Origin: an uncultured Xanthomonas sp. | Lineage (GTDB): Bacteria > Pseudomonadota > Gammaproteobacteria > Xanthomonadales > SZUA-5 | Assembly: GCA_964561825.1 (NCBI GenBank) | Contig: CAZLSB010000004.1 | Span: forward strand, 1-44,200 | Length of the DNA stretch: 44,200 nt | Reading direction: 5' to 3' | Part shown: positions 1 through 8,468 of the stretch, one piece after another | Position numbering within the stretch: position 1 is the first letter of the stretch | Layout: the number at the start of each line of letters is the position of its first letter | Made by a program: the position numbers and the translations under genes | The notes under the pieces: generated by a model | Told to the model about the DNA's origin: nothing | The model's database searches: none | Seen by the model: only the letters and a program-made list of their open reading frames with translations

Positions 1-58
1 TTGCAGCCGCTTAAGCCACACAACGCATCTCACGCGCAAAGTCCGACAGGCTGCTTGG
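1..58 (+). mobile_element. Right end of a MITE-like family A element, cut off by the window start
   Basis: ttgcagcc..ttaagccacacaacgcatctcacgcgcaaagtccgacaggctgcttgg closely matches 6080-6142, the right end of the full copy. The terminal CTAGG has decayed to CTTGG. Confidence 0.85.
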
Positions 59-454
59 ATATCGGCAAGATCGCGCAGGCGCCGCGGATCGTCGCTGTAG
101 GCTTGAATCTTCACCCCCGAGGATGCCTTCGACATCCACTACGTTCAATGCCAGATCCAAATAACGCGCCAACGGTGCAGCCGACAGCAGTGCTCTGGCA
201 ATTGGCCGCTGCGCATGAATCAAGTCGACCCGATCAAAACCGCGTACCCAGCTCGACAAATCGGCGCGCTGATCTATGGCGCCATAACCCAGTTCGGTCA
301 GTATGCCGGCCATACGCGGTACATCGTGGAATCGATCAAAAAACCCAGATCGTGTGTGCCTCGCACATAACCATGACCGCCACGCCGCCGATTGCCGCAA
401 TACGAATGTCGGCGGCGCTAGTGGCTTGCAGAATTTGCTGCAGTTGGGCGCCTA
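55..454 (-). pseudogene. Frameshifted nucleotidyltransferase pseudogene (AbiEii/DUF1814-like)
   Basis: Joining minus-strand frames gives LGAQLQQILQATSAADIRIAAIGGVA / HGYVRGTHDLGFLIDS / DVPRMAGILTELGY...RVDLIHAQRPIARALL...VVDVEGILG / VKIQAYSDDPRRLRDLADIQ. This contains GG-x-A, R-x-T-x-D-L-(D>G), K-x-x-A and RD-x-x-D motifs. Frameshifts lie near 376, 326 and in the G5 run at 114-118. The 3' end runs into family A. Confidence 0.75.
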
Positions 455-462
455 GGGCCTTG

Positions 463-1620
463 CTAGCCCTTGCCAGCAAACAGCTCACGGCCGATCAACA
501 TGCGGCGGATTTCTTGAGTGCCGGCGCCGATCTCGTAAAGTTTGGCGTCGCGCAACAAACGACCGGCTGGGTAATCGTTGATGTAACCATTGCCACCCAA
601 ACACTGGATGGTTTCCAGGCTGACATCGACCGCCGCTTTGGATGCGAACAACAAACAACTGGCCGGATCGATGCGTGAACGCATACCGCGGTCGTAATCT
701 TCGGCGACGCGATAGGCATAGGCGCGTGCCGATTGCAGTTGCGTGTACATATCGGCGAGTTTGGCTTGCATGATGCCAAATGAGCCAATGGGCCGATCAA
801 ACTGCTTGCGCTCGCGCACGTAAGCTAGGCTGAGTTCCATGCCCGCTTGCATCAGCCCCAAAGGCCCGCCAGTCAATACCAAGCGCTCGGTATTGAGGCC
901 GCTCATCAAAACTTTGACGCCTTGATCTACTTCGCCGAGCAGGTTTTCATTGGGGATTTCGCAGTCGTCGAATACCAATTCGCAGGTGCTTGATCCGCGC
1001 ATGCCGAGTTTGTCGAGTTTTTGCGAGGTGCGGAAGCCGGGCATGCCTTTTTCGACGATAAATGCGGTCATACACCGAGAGCCGCGATCTTTAGGCGCGG
1101 TGCGCATGTAGACCACCAGCACCTCCGCTTCGGGGCCGTTGGTGATCCACATCTTGGAGCCGTTGGCGATCCACACATCGCCACGCTGTTCAGCGCGACA
1201 ACTCATCGAGCCGACCACATCGGAGCCCGCGCCGGGTTCGCTCATCGCCAATGCGCCGACCCATTCGCCGCTGCACAGTTTGGGTAAATACTTGGTTTTT
1301 TGGGCGTTCGAGCCGTTGTTGTATAGGTTTTGCACACACAAATTGGAATGCGCGCCATACGAGAGACCCACCGACCCAGACGCGCGCGAAATTTCTTCCA
1401 TCGCGACCAAGTGGGCTAGGTAACCCAAACCGCTGCCGCCAAAATCAGGATCAACGGTAATGCCGAGCAATCCCAATTCACCCAGCTCTGGCCACAAATC
1501 GCGCGGAAAACAATTACTGCGGTCGATTTCTTCGGCACGCGGCGCAATCTTGCTATCGGCAAAACGCCGCACCGTTTCACGCAGTAGGTCGAGTTCTTCG
1601 CCGAGAGAAAATGGGGTCAT
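463..1620 (-). CDS. ivd: Isovaleryl-CoA dehydrogenase (acyl-CoA dehydrogenase family)
   Basis: 385 aa with motifs [34 protein letters not shown] and [15 protein letters not shown]. Lies next to leucine dehydrogenase. Confidence 0.9.
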   Translation of the reverse strand: MTPFSLGEELDLLRETVRRFADSKIAPRAEEIDRSNCFPRDLWPELGELGLLGITVDPDFGGSGLGYLAHLVAMEEISRASGSVGLSYGAHSNLCVQNLYNNGSNAQKTKYLPKLCSGEWVGALAMSEPGAGSDVVGSMSCRAEQRGDVWIANGSKMWITNGPEAEVLVVYMRTAPKDRGSRCMTAFIVEKGMPGFRTSQKLDKLGMRGSSTCELVFDDCEIPNENLLGEVDQGVKVLMSGLNTERLVLTGGPLGLMQAGMELSLAYVRERKQFDRPIGSFGIMQAKLADMYTQLQSARAYAYRVAEDYDRGMRSRIDPASCLLFASKAAVDVSLETIQCLGGNGYINDYPAGRLLRDAKLYEIGAGTQEIRRMLIGRELFAGKG

Positions 1621-1822
1621 GGGAAATTCCTAAAGTGGGTGAGCGGCGGTGGGCAACGCCCACACGAAGCGCGCGTCGCGAGTTGCGCAAGCCCAGCTGC
1701 GCCGACCGGCCGGATCGGTACTCGGGTGCACTGCTGAGCCAGAGAATAGCGCGCCACAAGTCAATTCCGGGGCAAACAAGCGCTGCAATCTGCCAGCCTT
1801 TCCGGTGCCCGGCGCGCCGGCC

Positions 1823-2923
1823 TCAGGCGCGTGATCGTCCCTTAAACATCGGCCGCGCACTACCCATGTATGGCAGTTTGACTTTGCCGATGGTGTTGAT
1901 GCGTTCTTCGGCCATGCGATCGGCGGCGCGCCAAGTGGTAATGCCATCGCGTTTGGCGATTTTGAAGATGGTGCCGACGTTGTAGTAGATTGAGCGCAAC
2001 ATGCGCATGGCGCGTTCGCGATCGTAACCGTCCAGTTCAATCGATACGTTCATCAATCCACCGGCGTTGACGGCGTAATCGGGGGCATACAGGATGCCGC
2101 GCCGCTCCAATTCATCGCCACATTCGTCGGTCGCCAATTGATTGTTGGCGGCGCCGCAGACAATCTTGAATTTGAAACGAGGCATCGTCTTTTCGTTGAC
2201 CGTTCCGCCCAGCGCGCAGGGGCTGTAGACATCGGCGTCGACGTCATAAATCTCATCTAGCGACACCGCTTCACAGCCCAGTTCTTCCACACAACGCTGC
2301 ACCGCGGCGCGGTTGATGTCGGTCACGAATACCTTGGCCTTTTCCGCGCGCAGCAATTTGGCCAACTCGTAGCCGACGTGTCCCACGCCTTGCACGGCAT
2401 AACTGAACTTGCCAATGTCCTCGCTACCAAAACGCACATTCAAGCTGGCCATGATGCCTTGCAGGGATCCAGCCGCCGTGAACGGTGAAGGATCGCCCGA
2501 ACCGCCGTGCACCTGATGCACGCCAGAAACGTACTCGGTTTCCTTGAACACATATTCCATATCGTTGACGTCGATACCGACGTCTTCGGCGGTGATGTAG
2601 CGACCACCCAAAGAATTGACGAATCGACCAAAAGCGCGGAACAGCCCTTCCGATTTGTCTCTGGACGGGTCGCCAATGATGACGCCTTTGCCTCCACCCA
2701 AATTCAAACCGGCAACCGCGGCCTTGAAGGTCATTCCACGCGATAGCCGCAATACATCGTTGAGCGCTTCTTGCTCATTTTTGTACGGCCACATGCGCAA
2801 TCCGCCGAGCGCCGGCCCGAGCGTGGTGTTATGCACGGCGATGATGGCTTTTAAGCCCACATCTTTGTTTTGGCAGAACACGACCTGTTCATGGCCTAAA
2901 GAGCCAATCGTTTCGAACACCAT
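1823..2923 (-). CDS. Glu/Leu/Phe/Val dehydrogenase, probably leucine dehydrogenase
   Basis: Start placed at MVFETIG (ATG 2923), giving 366 aa. Motifs GPALGGLR, GGGKGVI, ITAEDVG, VQGVGHVG, GAANNQL and PDYAVNAGG. Confidence 0.9.
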   Translation of the reverse strand: MVFETIGSLGHEQVVFCQNKDVGLKAIIAVHNTTLGPALGGLRMWPYKNEQEALNDVLRLSRGMTFKAAVAGLNLGGGKGVIIGDPSRDKSEGLFRAFGRFVNSLGGRYITAEDVGIDVNDMEYVFKETEYVSGVHQVHGGSGDPSPFTAAGSLQGIMASLNVRFGSEDIGKFSYAVQGVGHVGYELAKLLRAEKAKVFVTDINRAAVQRCVEELGCEAVSLDEIYDVDADVYSPCALGGTVNEKTMPRFKFKIVCGAANNQLATDECGDELERRGILYAPDYAVNAGGLMNVSIELDGYDRERAMRMLRSIYYNVGTIFKIAKRDGITTWRAADRMAEERINTIGKVKLPYMGSARPMFKGRSRA

Positions 2924-3069
2924 GGGACATTCTCGCTGGTAAAAGGGGCGATGCGCGCACCGTGTGGGCAGGCGGCATGATGCCGGGGCACGCTTACAAA
3001 GCGTATCACCCACTCGCGCCGCCCTCCCAGGGGTGCGAACGGCGCGGATCATACGCAGATGAGCACTGT

Positions 3070-4152
3070 CTACAAGGGTGACCGCAAACGCGCGGGCGCC
3101 AAGCGCTGCGCGATAGGCGTGGCACACAGTCGATCAAGCGTTGCCAAGACTTCGTCAATCGTGATGCGCTGCATCACATCGGGGTATTCGATGCGCGTGC
3201 TCCAGCGCACCTGATCCAAGGACTTGCCTAAGCGATCGCGCACCATGTCTGGGAAGCGATTCACGCACCAATGCAGGCTGCGATACGGTCCGCTTCGACG
3301 CGGATCGGTGGCGGCGTGCAAACCAATCACCGGGACGCCAAGTGCACTGGCTAGATGCGCTGGACCAGAATCGGGTGACACCAAAATGTCCAAGCGTCCG
3401 AGCAGCGCCAGCAGCTGTTTAAGCGTGTCTTTACCGACCAGATCGATGCAATGGGCGTCTGGCGCTTGCTCCAAGATGGCATCCGCCATCGCTCTTTCAA
3501 CCGCACTGCGGCCGCCGAGCAGCACCACCTGAAAACCCTGGCGTCGATGCGCATGACGCGCCAACTGCGCATAACCGGTGGCCGACCAATTGCGCAGCGC
3601 ATGACTGGAACACGGGCTGATGCCAAGCAGTGGCAGGTCGGCTGGCAACACACGCAGCGCAAATTCCTGCGCTTCGTCGGGGATCGTAAACGGCCAGACC
3701 AACTCATCTACTTTGACGCCCAGTGGCTCGCCAAACCGACACAAGGTTTCCATCACGTGGCTGTAACCATGCGCGCTGATGCGTTCATTGATAAATAGGC
3801 CATGGCCCTCGCGCGAACGCGCTCTGTCGTAACCAATACGCCGTTTGGCCGCCACGCCCATACTCAGCACATTGGCGCGCAACGCCAGTTGCATCAGCAA
3901 TAGCGCAGGAAATTGTTGTTTGGACAGTTGTCGCCAAATTTGCCGCATGCCGGCTAGGCCATCGCGCTTGCGATAGCTGATCAGCGTGACATCCTGCAAG
4001 CCGGACAACAGTTGCGCCTCGCTCGCGCCCAGAATCCAGCTTAATTGCAGCTCCGGGCGCTGCGTGCGCAGCGCATGAACCAATGGCAATAGGTGGCATA
4101 CATCGCCGAGCGCCGACAAGCGCAGCAGACAAACGGAGGTTTCTAGGTTCAT
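3070..4152 (-). CDS. Glycosyltransferase family 9 (LPS heptosyltransferase-like)
   Basis: Motifs LLRLSALGDV and SPDSGPAHLASALGVPVIGL. Divergent from kdkA. Confidence 0.88.
   Translation of the reverse strand: MNLETSVCLLRLSALGDVCHLLPLVHALRTQRPELQLSWILGASEAQLLSGLQDVTLISYRKRDGLAGMRQIWRQLSKQQFPALLLMQLALRANVLSMGVAAKRRIGYDRARSREGHGLFINERISAHGYSHVMETLCRFGEPLGVKVDELVWPFTIPDEAQEFALRVLPADLPLLGISPCSSHALRNWSATGYAQLARHAHRRQGFQVVLLGGRSAVERAMADAILEQAPDAHCIDLVGKDTLKQLLALLGRLDILVSPDSGPAHLASALGVPVIGLHAATDPRRSGPYRSLHWCVNRFPDMVRDRLGKSLDQVRWSTRIEYPDVMQRITIDEVLATLDRLCATPIAQRLAPARLRSPL
4132..4152 (-). repeat. Family C terminal-repeat remnant forming the first codons of the GT9 gene
   Basis: ATGAACCTAGAAACCTCCGTT is 19/21 identical to TTGAACCTAGAAACCTCAGTT, the reverse complement of 7157-7177. 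Confidence 0.65.
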
Positions 4153-4222
4153 GGATGAGCTTCCGTTGATCGCTTTTTAAGAGCCGTAGCGCCATGATTA
4201 TCCGGCCGTTCTGAACAGCTAG

Positions 4223-4376
4223 CTCGCATGTTTCGTAAATTACACGCGCCTTCGCTAGTCTATTGGCCGCGCAAGGGATTTTCCGCAGTCCGGCCTGACA
4301 AGGCGCTTCTTCAGAAAAATCCCTAGTGCAAGCCGTATCCTGCGCGATCATCGCGCGAATTCATGCAACATGCGGG
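4223..4376. mobile_element. MITE-like family D copy 1 (154 bp)
   Basis: Imperfect terminal inverted repeats (TIRs) CTCGCATGTTTCGTAAATT...AATTCATGCAACATGCGGG, with CTAG on both sides (4219-4222, 4377-4380). Homologous to 8469-8649 in the opposite orientation. Confidence 0.85.
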
Positions 4377-5119
4377 CTAGCATTTTGATTGACACTGCGA
4401 TCCAAGCGCAGATGGTGGTCGATGATGATCGAATCGTCATCTACGATGCCGCGCGTATGCCAACGCCGCCCGCGCCATGGTTCACGCCTGAACATTGGCC
4501 GCAGCGCAGCGTGCTGGATCGGGGGCGTGGCGCGGCATTTGCGATGCAAACCGAATTGGGAGAAATGGTGCTGCGTCATTACCGCCGTGGTGGCGCAGTG
4601 GCGCGTGTGCTGAAGGACTGCTATGTGTGGACCGGCGCGGCGCAGACGCGGCCTATATGCGAGTTTCGTCTGCTGGCCGCTGCGCTGCATTGCGGTTTGC
4701 CGGTGCCCCGCCCCATGGCGGCGCAGGTGCGACGGCACGGTGCCTTGTATAGCGGCGATTTGCTAATGATGCGAATTGCCGATACGCAGACCCTGTCAGC
4801 GCGATTGACCGGCTTAGCCGATTGGACAACATTGGATTGGCAGCGCATCGGCGCGGCCTTGGGTTTGGCGCACGCGCAAGGCTTTGAGCACGCTGATCTG
4901 AATGCGCACAACGTGTTGATCGATGCGCATGAAGCAGTGTGGCTGATTGATTGGGATCGGGGCAGACAACGCGCGCCGGGCAGCTGGAGTGAGGTGGTTT
5001 TGGCGCGATTAGCCCGCTCTTTGCGCAAATTGTATGGCGCACGTGTGGATCAAAACGATGCACGAAAGGGCTGGCAAGCGCTGCTGCAGGCGCATGCCCA
5101 ACGGGTGAAAGATGTCTAA
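4370..5119 (+). CDS. kdkA: 3-deoxy-D-manno-octulosonic acid (Kdo) kinase
   Basis: Motifs GRG, VLRHYRRGG, EFRLL, LPVPRP, HADLNAHNVL and WLIDWDRG. The start is uncertain because ATG 4370 lies inside the family D TIR. Confidence 0.9.
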   Translation: MRASILIDTAIQAQMVVDDDRIVIYDAARMPTPPAPWFTPEHWPQRSVLDRGRGAAFAMQTELGEMVLRHYRRGGAVARVLKDCYVWTGAAQTRPICEFRLLAAALHCGLPVPRPMAAQVRRHGALYSGDLLMMRIADTQTLSARLTGLADWTTLDWQRIGAALGLAHAQGFEHADLNAHNVLIDAHEAVWLIDWDRGRQRAPGSWSEVVLARLARSLRKLYGARVDQNDARKGWQALLQAHAQRVKDV

Positions 5120-5891
5120 CTGGGCGCTGCGCTTTCTCGGTGTGGGCAGTGCTCAGGCGCACGAACTGGGCAGTTCCAGTGCGGTGTTGCAGCGCGACGG
5201 TCAACCACTGTTGTTGATCGATATGGGCATTGGCGTGCTTGAACGATATCGAATCGTTTTTGGAAATAATCCCGCTGCGGTGTTTATCACCCATACTCAT
5301 CTAGATCATGTGGGCGATTTAGAATCTTGGTTTTACCGATTAGCATTCGAAAAAAATGCGCCTCTGCCGCGGCTGTACGTGCCGGTCACGGTGGTGCGCT
5401 TATTGCAACGGCGCGTGGCGGATTTTCCCAATTGGGTCGCCGAGGGAGGACGCAATTTCTGGGATGTGTTTCAACTAATTCCAGTCAGCGAAGATTTTTG
5501 GCACGCGGGCCTGCGATTTAGCGTGTTTCCAGTGCGTCATCATGCCCCAGAAAGTGCCTTTGGCCTTTCCCTGGCGGGCAGTTTCCTTTACACCGGTGAT
5601 ACACGCCCAATTCCGGAATGGTTGCAGCAACATGCGCGCCACGGCGAACGCATTATTCATGATTGTGGCCCGTTACCCAATCCCTCACACACCGGATTAG
5701 CTGACCTAGAGCGTGAATACAGCTCAGCTATTCGCGCTCGTATGGTGCTTTACCATTATCCCAATCACCAAGCGGCAGTACAGATGAGGCAGGCAGGTTA
5801 TCAAGTGGCCAAACCCGGTGACATTCTGGAACTGCCAACCCCAAATGATGATGTGCAGGTGGAACACTGGGCGCAGTGGAGTCAGGCTTAG
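5112..5891 (+). CDS. Metallo-beta-lactamase-fold hydrolase
   Basis: LRFLGVGSA, LLIDMG, the THTHLDH metal motif, YTGDT and LYHY. Overlaps the kdkA end by 8 nt. Confidence 0.85.
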   Translation: MSNWALRFLGVGSAQAHELGSSSAVLQRDGQPLLLIDMGIGVLERYRIVFGNNPAAVFITHTHLDHVGDLESWFYRLAFEKNAPLPRLYVPVTVVRLLQRRVADFPNWVAEGGRNFWDVFQLIPVSEDFWHAGLRFSVFPVRHHAPESAFGLSLAGSFLYTGDTRPIPEWLQQHARHGERIIHDCGPLPNPSHTGLADLEREYSSAIRARMVLYHYPNHQAAVQMRQAGYQVAKPGDILELPTPNDDVQVEHWAQWSQA

Positions 5892-5903
5892 GGAATCGTT
5901 GAA

Positions 5904-6142
5904 CCTAGCAGCCTGTCGGGCTTTCCTCGCGAGTGCGCCGGAAGTCCTTTTGGCGATCGTTTTCTGGTCATTCTCGGATTGATTTTGATGGATTTCGATC
6001 TACTTTCGAGTCTGCGCTACGCCAAAAGGCCGTCCGGCGGGCTGCGCGTCTGCACGGCGTCTGCGCTGCGACCCGCGCCTTGCAGCCATCCGCTTAAAGC
6101 CACACAACGCACCTCACGCGCAAAGCCCGACAGGCTGCTAGG
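5904..6142 (+). mobile_element. MITE-like family A full copy (239 bp)
   Basis: Perfect 21-bp TIR CCTAGCAGCCTGTCGGGCTTT / AAAGCCCGACAGGCTGCTAGG with a 5-bp direct repeat TTGAA (5899-5903, 6143-6147). Internal IR gccggaagtccttttggcg...cgccaaaaggccgtccggc. No transposase ORF. Confidence 0.92.
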
Positions 6143-6887
6143 TTGAAACACCCGCCAGCAAGTCTCCACGGAGCGCCGCAACCACCGCGCGTTCAAAGGC
6201 GCCGGGGTCCGCGTGTCGCCATTCGGTTAACTCGGCGGCGCCCCAGCGGTGTTGAATGCGGCCCTCGTGCAATAGCGCGGCGTCGGTTAACAAGGTTGGC
6301 GCAATTTCCAGGCCGTGGGTGGCCAGCAACACACCGCAGCGTTCGCTGGCGCAACGGGCGATCAATTCCAGCTTGAGTTCGTGGCTGGAAATCGGATCCA
6401 AACCGTTCATCACCTCGTCGAGAACCAGCAGCGGTGGATCACCCAACAAAGCGATCAAAATGGCGTATTTCTGTCGTGTTCCCAGCGAGTAGATCTCAAT
6501 GCGCTGATCAATCCACGGCAGCGCACCTAGTCGTTGCGCCAATTCCAGCGTGGCGGTCGGCAAGCCCTGCAGCCCACGTGCCGCAGCGGTCACATTAAGC
6601 GCTTGACGCCCGGTCAAAGCAGGTGGCAATCGAGCCGGATCGGGCGCAAAGCCAAAACGCTGACGAGCAGCCAGCGGATCAACGCTGATATCCACGCCAT
6701 CAATCCACACTTGTCCGCCACCCACCGGCAGCAGGCCGGTAATGGCGCGGATCAGACTGGTCTTTCCAGAGCCATTCGGCCCGACTAATCCGAGCAATTG
6801 GCCGCGGTTAATTTGCAAATCTACCCCGCGCAGCACGGCGTTGGTAGCGAAGCTCAAGTGTAATTGGCGTACGTCAAGTAAGTTCAA
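6138..6887 (-). CDS. ABC transporter ATP-binding protein
   Basis: Walker A GPNGSGKT, signature YSLGTRQK, Walker B LLVLDE and H-loop ATH. TTG start. The TAG stop is supplied by the family A terminus. Confidence 0.88.
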   Translation of the reverse strand: MNLLDVRQLHLSFATNAVLRGVDLQINRGQLLGLVGPNGSGKTSLIRAITGLLPVGGGQVWIDGVDISVDPLAARQRFGFAPDPARLPPALTGRQALNVTAAARGLQGLPTATLELAQRLGALPWIDQRIEIYSLGTRQKYAILIALLGDPPLLVLDEVMNGLDPISSHELKLELIARCASERCGVLLATHGLEIAPTLLTDAALLHEGRIQHRWGAAELTEWRHADPGAFERAVVAALRGDLLAGVST

Positions 6888-7172
6888 CCTAGAAACCTCA
6901 GTTGGACGGAGTAGAGTGTGCGGTTATGGGGGGTGAAAGCCGGCAAGCTTGCGCGGCATGCCGCGCGCCGGCTTGAACGGCTGGCGGCTACGCCGCCAGA
7001 CCGGGGGAATAGCTCCTCTATTCCAACGAGTTGCAACGCAGCCATGTGCCGCCACAACCGTGCAATCTGCCCCGTAGCGGACTCGCCAAATGGGTGAGCG
7101 AGTCAATCGACTGAAAAGCCAGAAGAATCATCGAGCTACGCCACTCGAAAGCGGTCAACTGAGGTTTCTAGG
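6888..7172. mobile_element. MITE-like family C full copy (285 bp)
   Basis: Perfect 17-bp TIR CCTAGAAACCTCAGTTG / CAACTGAGGTTTCTAGG with a 5-bp direct repeat TTCAA (6883-6887, 7173-7177). Hairpin-rich interior. Confidence 0.92.
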
Positions 7173-7173
7173 T

Positions 7174-8289
7174 TCAACCTAGTCCTTTGCGCCAAGCGCT
7201 TATTGCGCAGGCCATCCAAACCAGCGGAAGCGCCGGCGGAAATACCTGAAAAATCGCAAGATTAATGACTAAATGCACAATCAACAGCAGAGAGAAACGC
7301 TCTGGTTGTCGTCGCGTCGCAAAACCGCAGAGCAGCGCATCGCCGACGACCACGGCCAGCAATACGCTACTCGCCGCGGCGAAGTACGGCGGGGCACCTA
7401 ATGCATACACGCAACAGCCAAAACTGAGAATAAAAACGGAATTGCGTCGAAACAAATACGGCAGGTAAGCGCCGAATAACTGTTGTGCTGCTAATGGTTG
7501 CGCGGCCAGCCAATATTGATCGGCAATATAACGTGTATGCCAATGGCCGACCAAATCCAGCGCCAGCGCTAATGCGGTGAACATCAGCACCAAACCCAGT
7601 ACGGCGATAATCGGGGTCGATGGGGGAAATAGCAGAAAGCTGAAAGCAACCCACGGTGCACTGCGCGGCAAACGTGCCGTGGCAGGTTCCAGCGCGGCGC
7701 CCAGTAGCCTCAAGCCCTGCGTACCTTGGGCGATATTGACCGCAACCGCTCGCGTCCGGGGCATGGTCTGCCCCAGCGCCTGGACTTGCCGACGCTCTGC
7801 TAACACGCTGACCAGCGCCAACCCGCAGATCGTGCCAATGCTGCAGGCTAACAACAGCGCACTCGATGGATTCTCGACCCGGCTCGCGGCCCAAGCCAAA
7901 AGCACCAGCACAAAGACGGCCGCAAGCAGTGTTTCGACCCATACCCGCCTACCGCGTGCAGCGCGTCGCAGGGTTGCGGCGATAGGCATTGCCGCCAGCC
8001 AATCTTGGCTTTGCTGTTCGGCTAGCGATTGTCTGGCCAGTGCCGCGCGAATCAGCAGTGCGATGCCAGCGCTGGCGCCGATCAACATCGCAGGAATCGT
8101 TTGGCCCCAAGACGCCTTGGCATCCAGAATCCGCGCCCAGACGGGATCAATAACCCATAAACCAAAAACTGCAAAAGCCAGCAGTGCCAGCGCTAGAAAG
8201 GTCGTTTCTGCCGCTAGCGCACGCCATTTTGCCCAGCGATTGCTGCGCAAGTAAAAGCCAATGAGCAGGTCGGGATTGGTAGTAGGCAT
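7174..8289 (-). CDS. Multi-pass membrane protein, probable permease partner of the adjacent ABC ATPase
   Basis: About 371 aa from ATG 8289; the upstream TTG start falls inside a repeat. Many hydrophobic segments. Once the family C element is removed, its TGA overlaps the ATPase TTG. Confidence 0.7.
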   Translation of the reverse strand: MPTTNPDLLIGFYLRSNRWAKWRALAAETTFLALALLAFAVFGLWVIDPVWARILDAKASWGQTIPAMLIGASAGIALLIRAALARQSLAEQQSQDWLAAMPIAATLRRAARGRRVWVETLLAAVFVLVLLAWAASRVENPSSALLLACSIGTICGLALVSVLAERRQVQALGQTMPRTRAVAVNIAQGTQGLRLLGAALEPATARLPRSAPWVAFSFLLFPPSTPIIAVLGLVLMFTALALALDLVGHWHTRYIADQYWLAAQPLAAQQLFGAYLPYLFRRNSVFILSFGCCVYALGAPPYFAAASSVLLAVVVGDALLCGFATRRQPERFSLLLIVHLVINLAIFQVFPPALPLVWMACAISAWRKGLG

Positions 8290-8299
8290 CGCGGACTTA

Positions 8300-8436
8300 G
8301 GGCTGGTGAGGAAATAACTTGGACTTTTGGCCGTCGGATTGGGATGCGATGTGAGGCGCGCCACACAAGCGAGTCGCAACGAAGCAGCGCGCCCAAGCCG
8401 GCGAGCAAAAAGTCCCAGTTATTGACGAACGAGCCC
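8300..8436. mobile_element. MITE-like family B full copy (about 137 bp)
   Basis: Imperfect TIR of about 38 bp: GGGCTGGTGAGGAAATAACTTGGACTTTTGG versus the reverse complement GGGCTCGTTCGTCAATAACTGGGACTTTTTG. Flanked by TTA, or by CTTAG if the ends are drawn 1 bp inward. Confidence 0.8.
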
Positions 8437-8468
8437 TTAGTGACCGCAAGGCACAACTAGTTCCCTGG

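Noticed and set aside
1-678. 225-aa plus-strand ORF and the 129-aa minus-strand ORF 11..400 as real genes
   Set aside because: The first is antisense to ivd and the pseudogene. The second is only the middle frame of the frameshifted nucleotidyltransferase, extended into repeat sequence.
2924-3127. N-terminal extension of the 434-aa dehydrogenase ORF
   Set aside because: It overlaps the GT9 3' end, and family similarity starts at MVFETIG.
6905-7155. Group II intron fragment or tRNA
   Set aside because: GTGCG and GAAA occur, but I see no domain V or cloverleaf. TIRs and a target duplication explain the boundaries.
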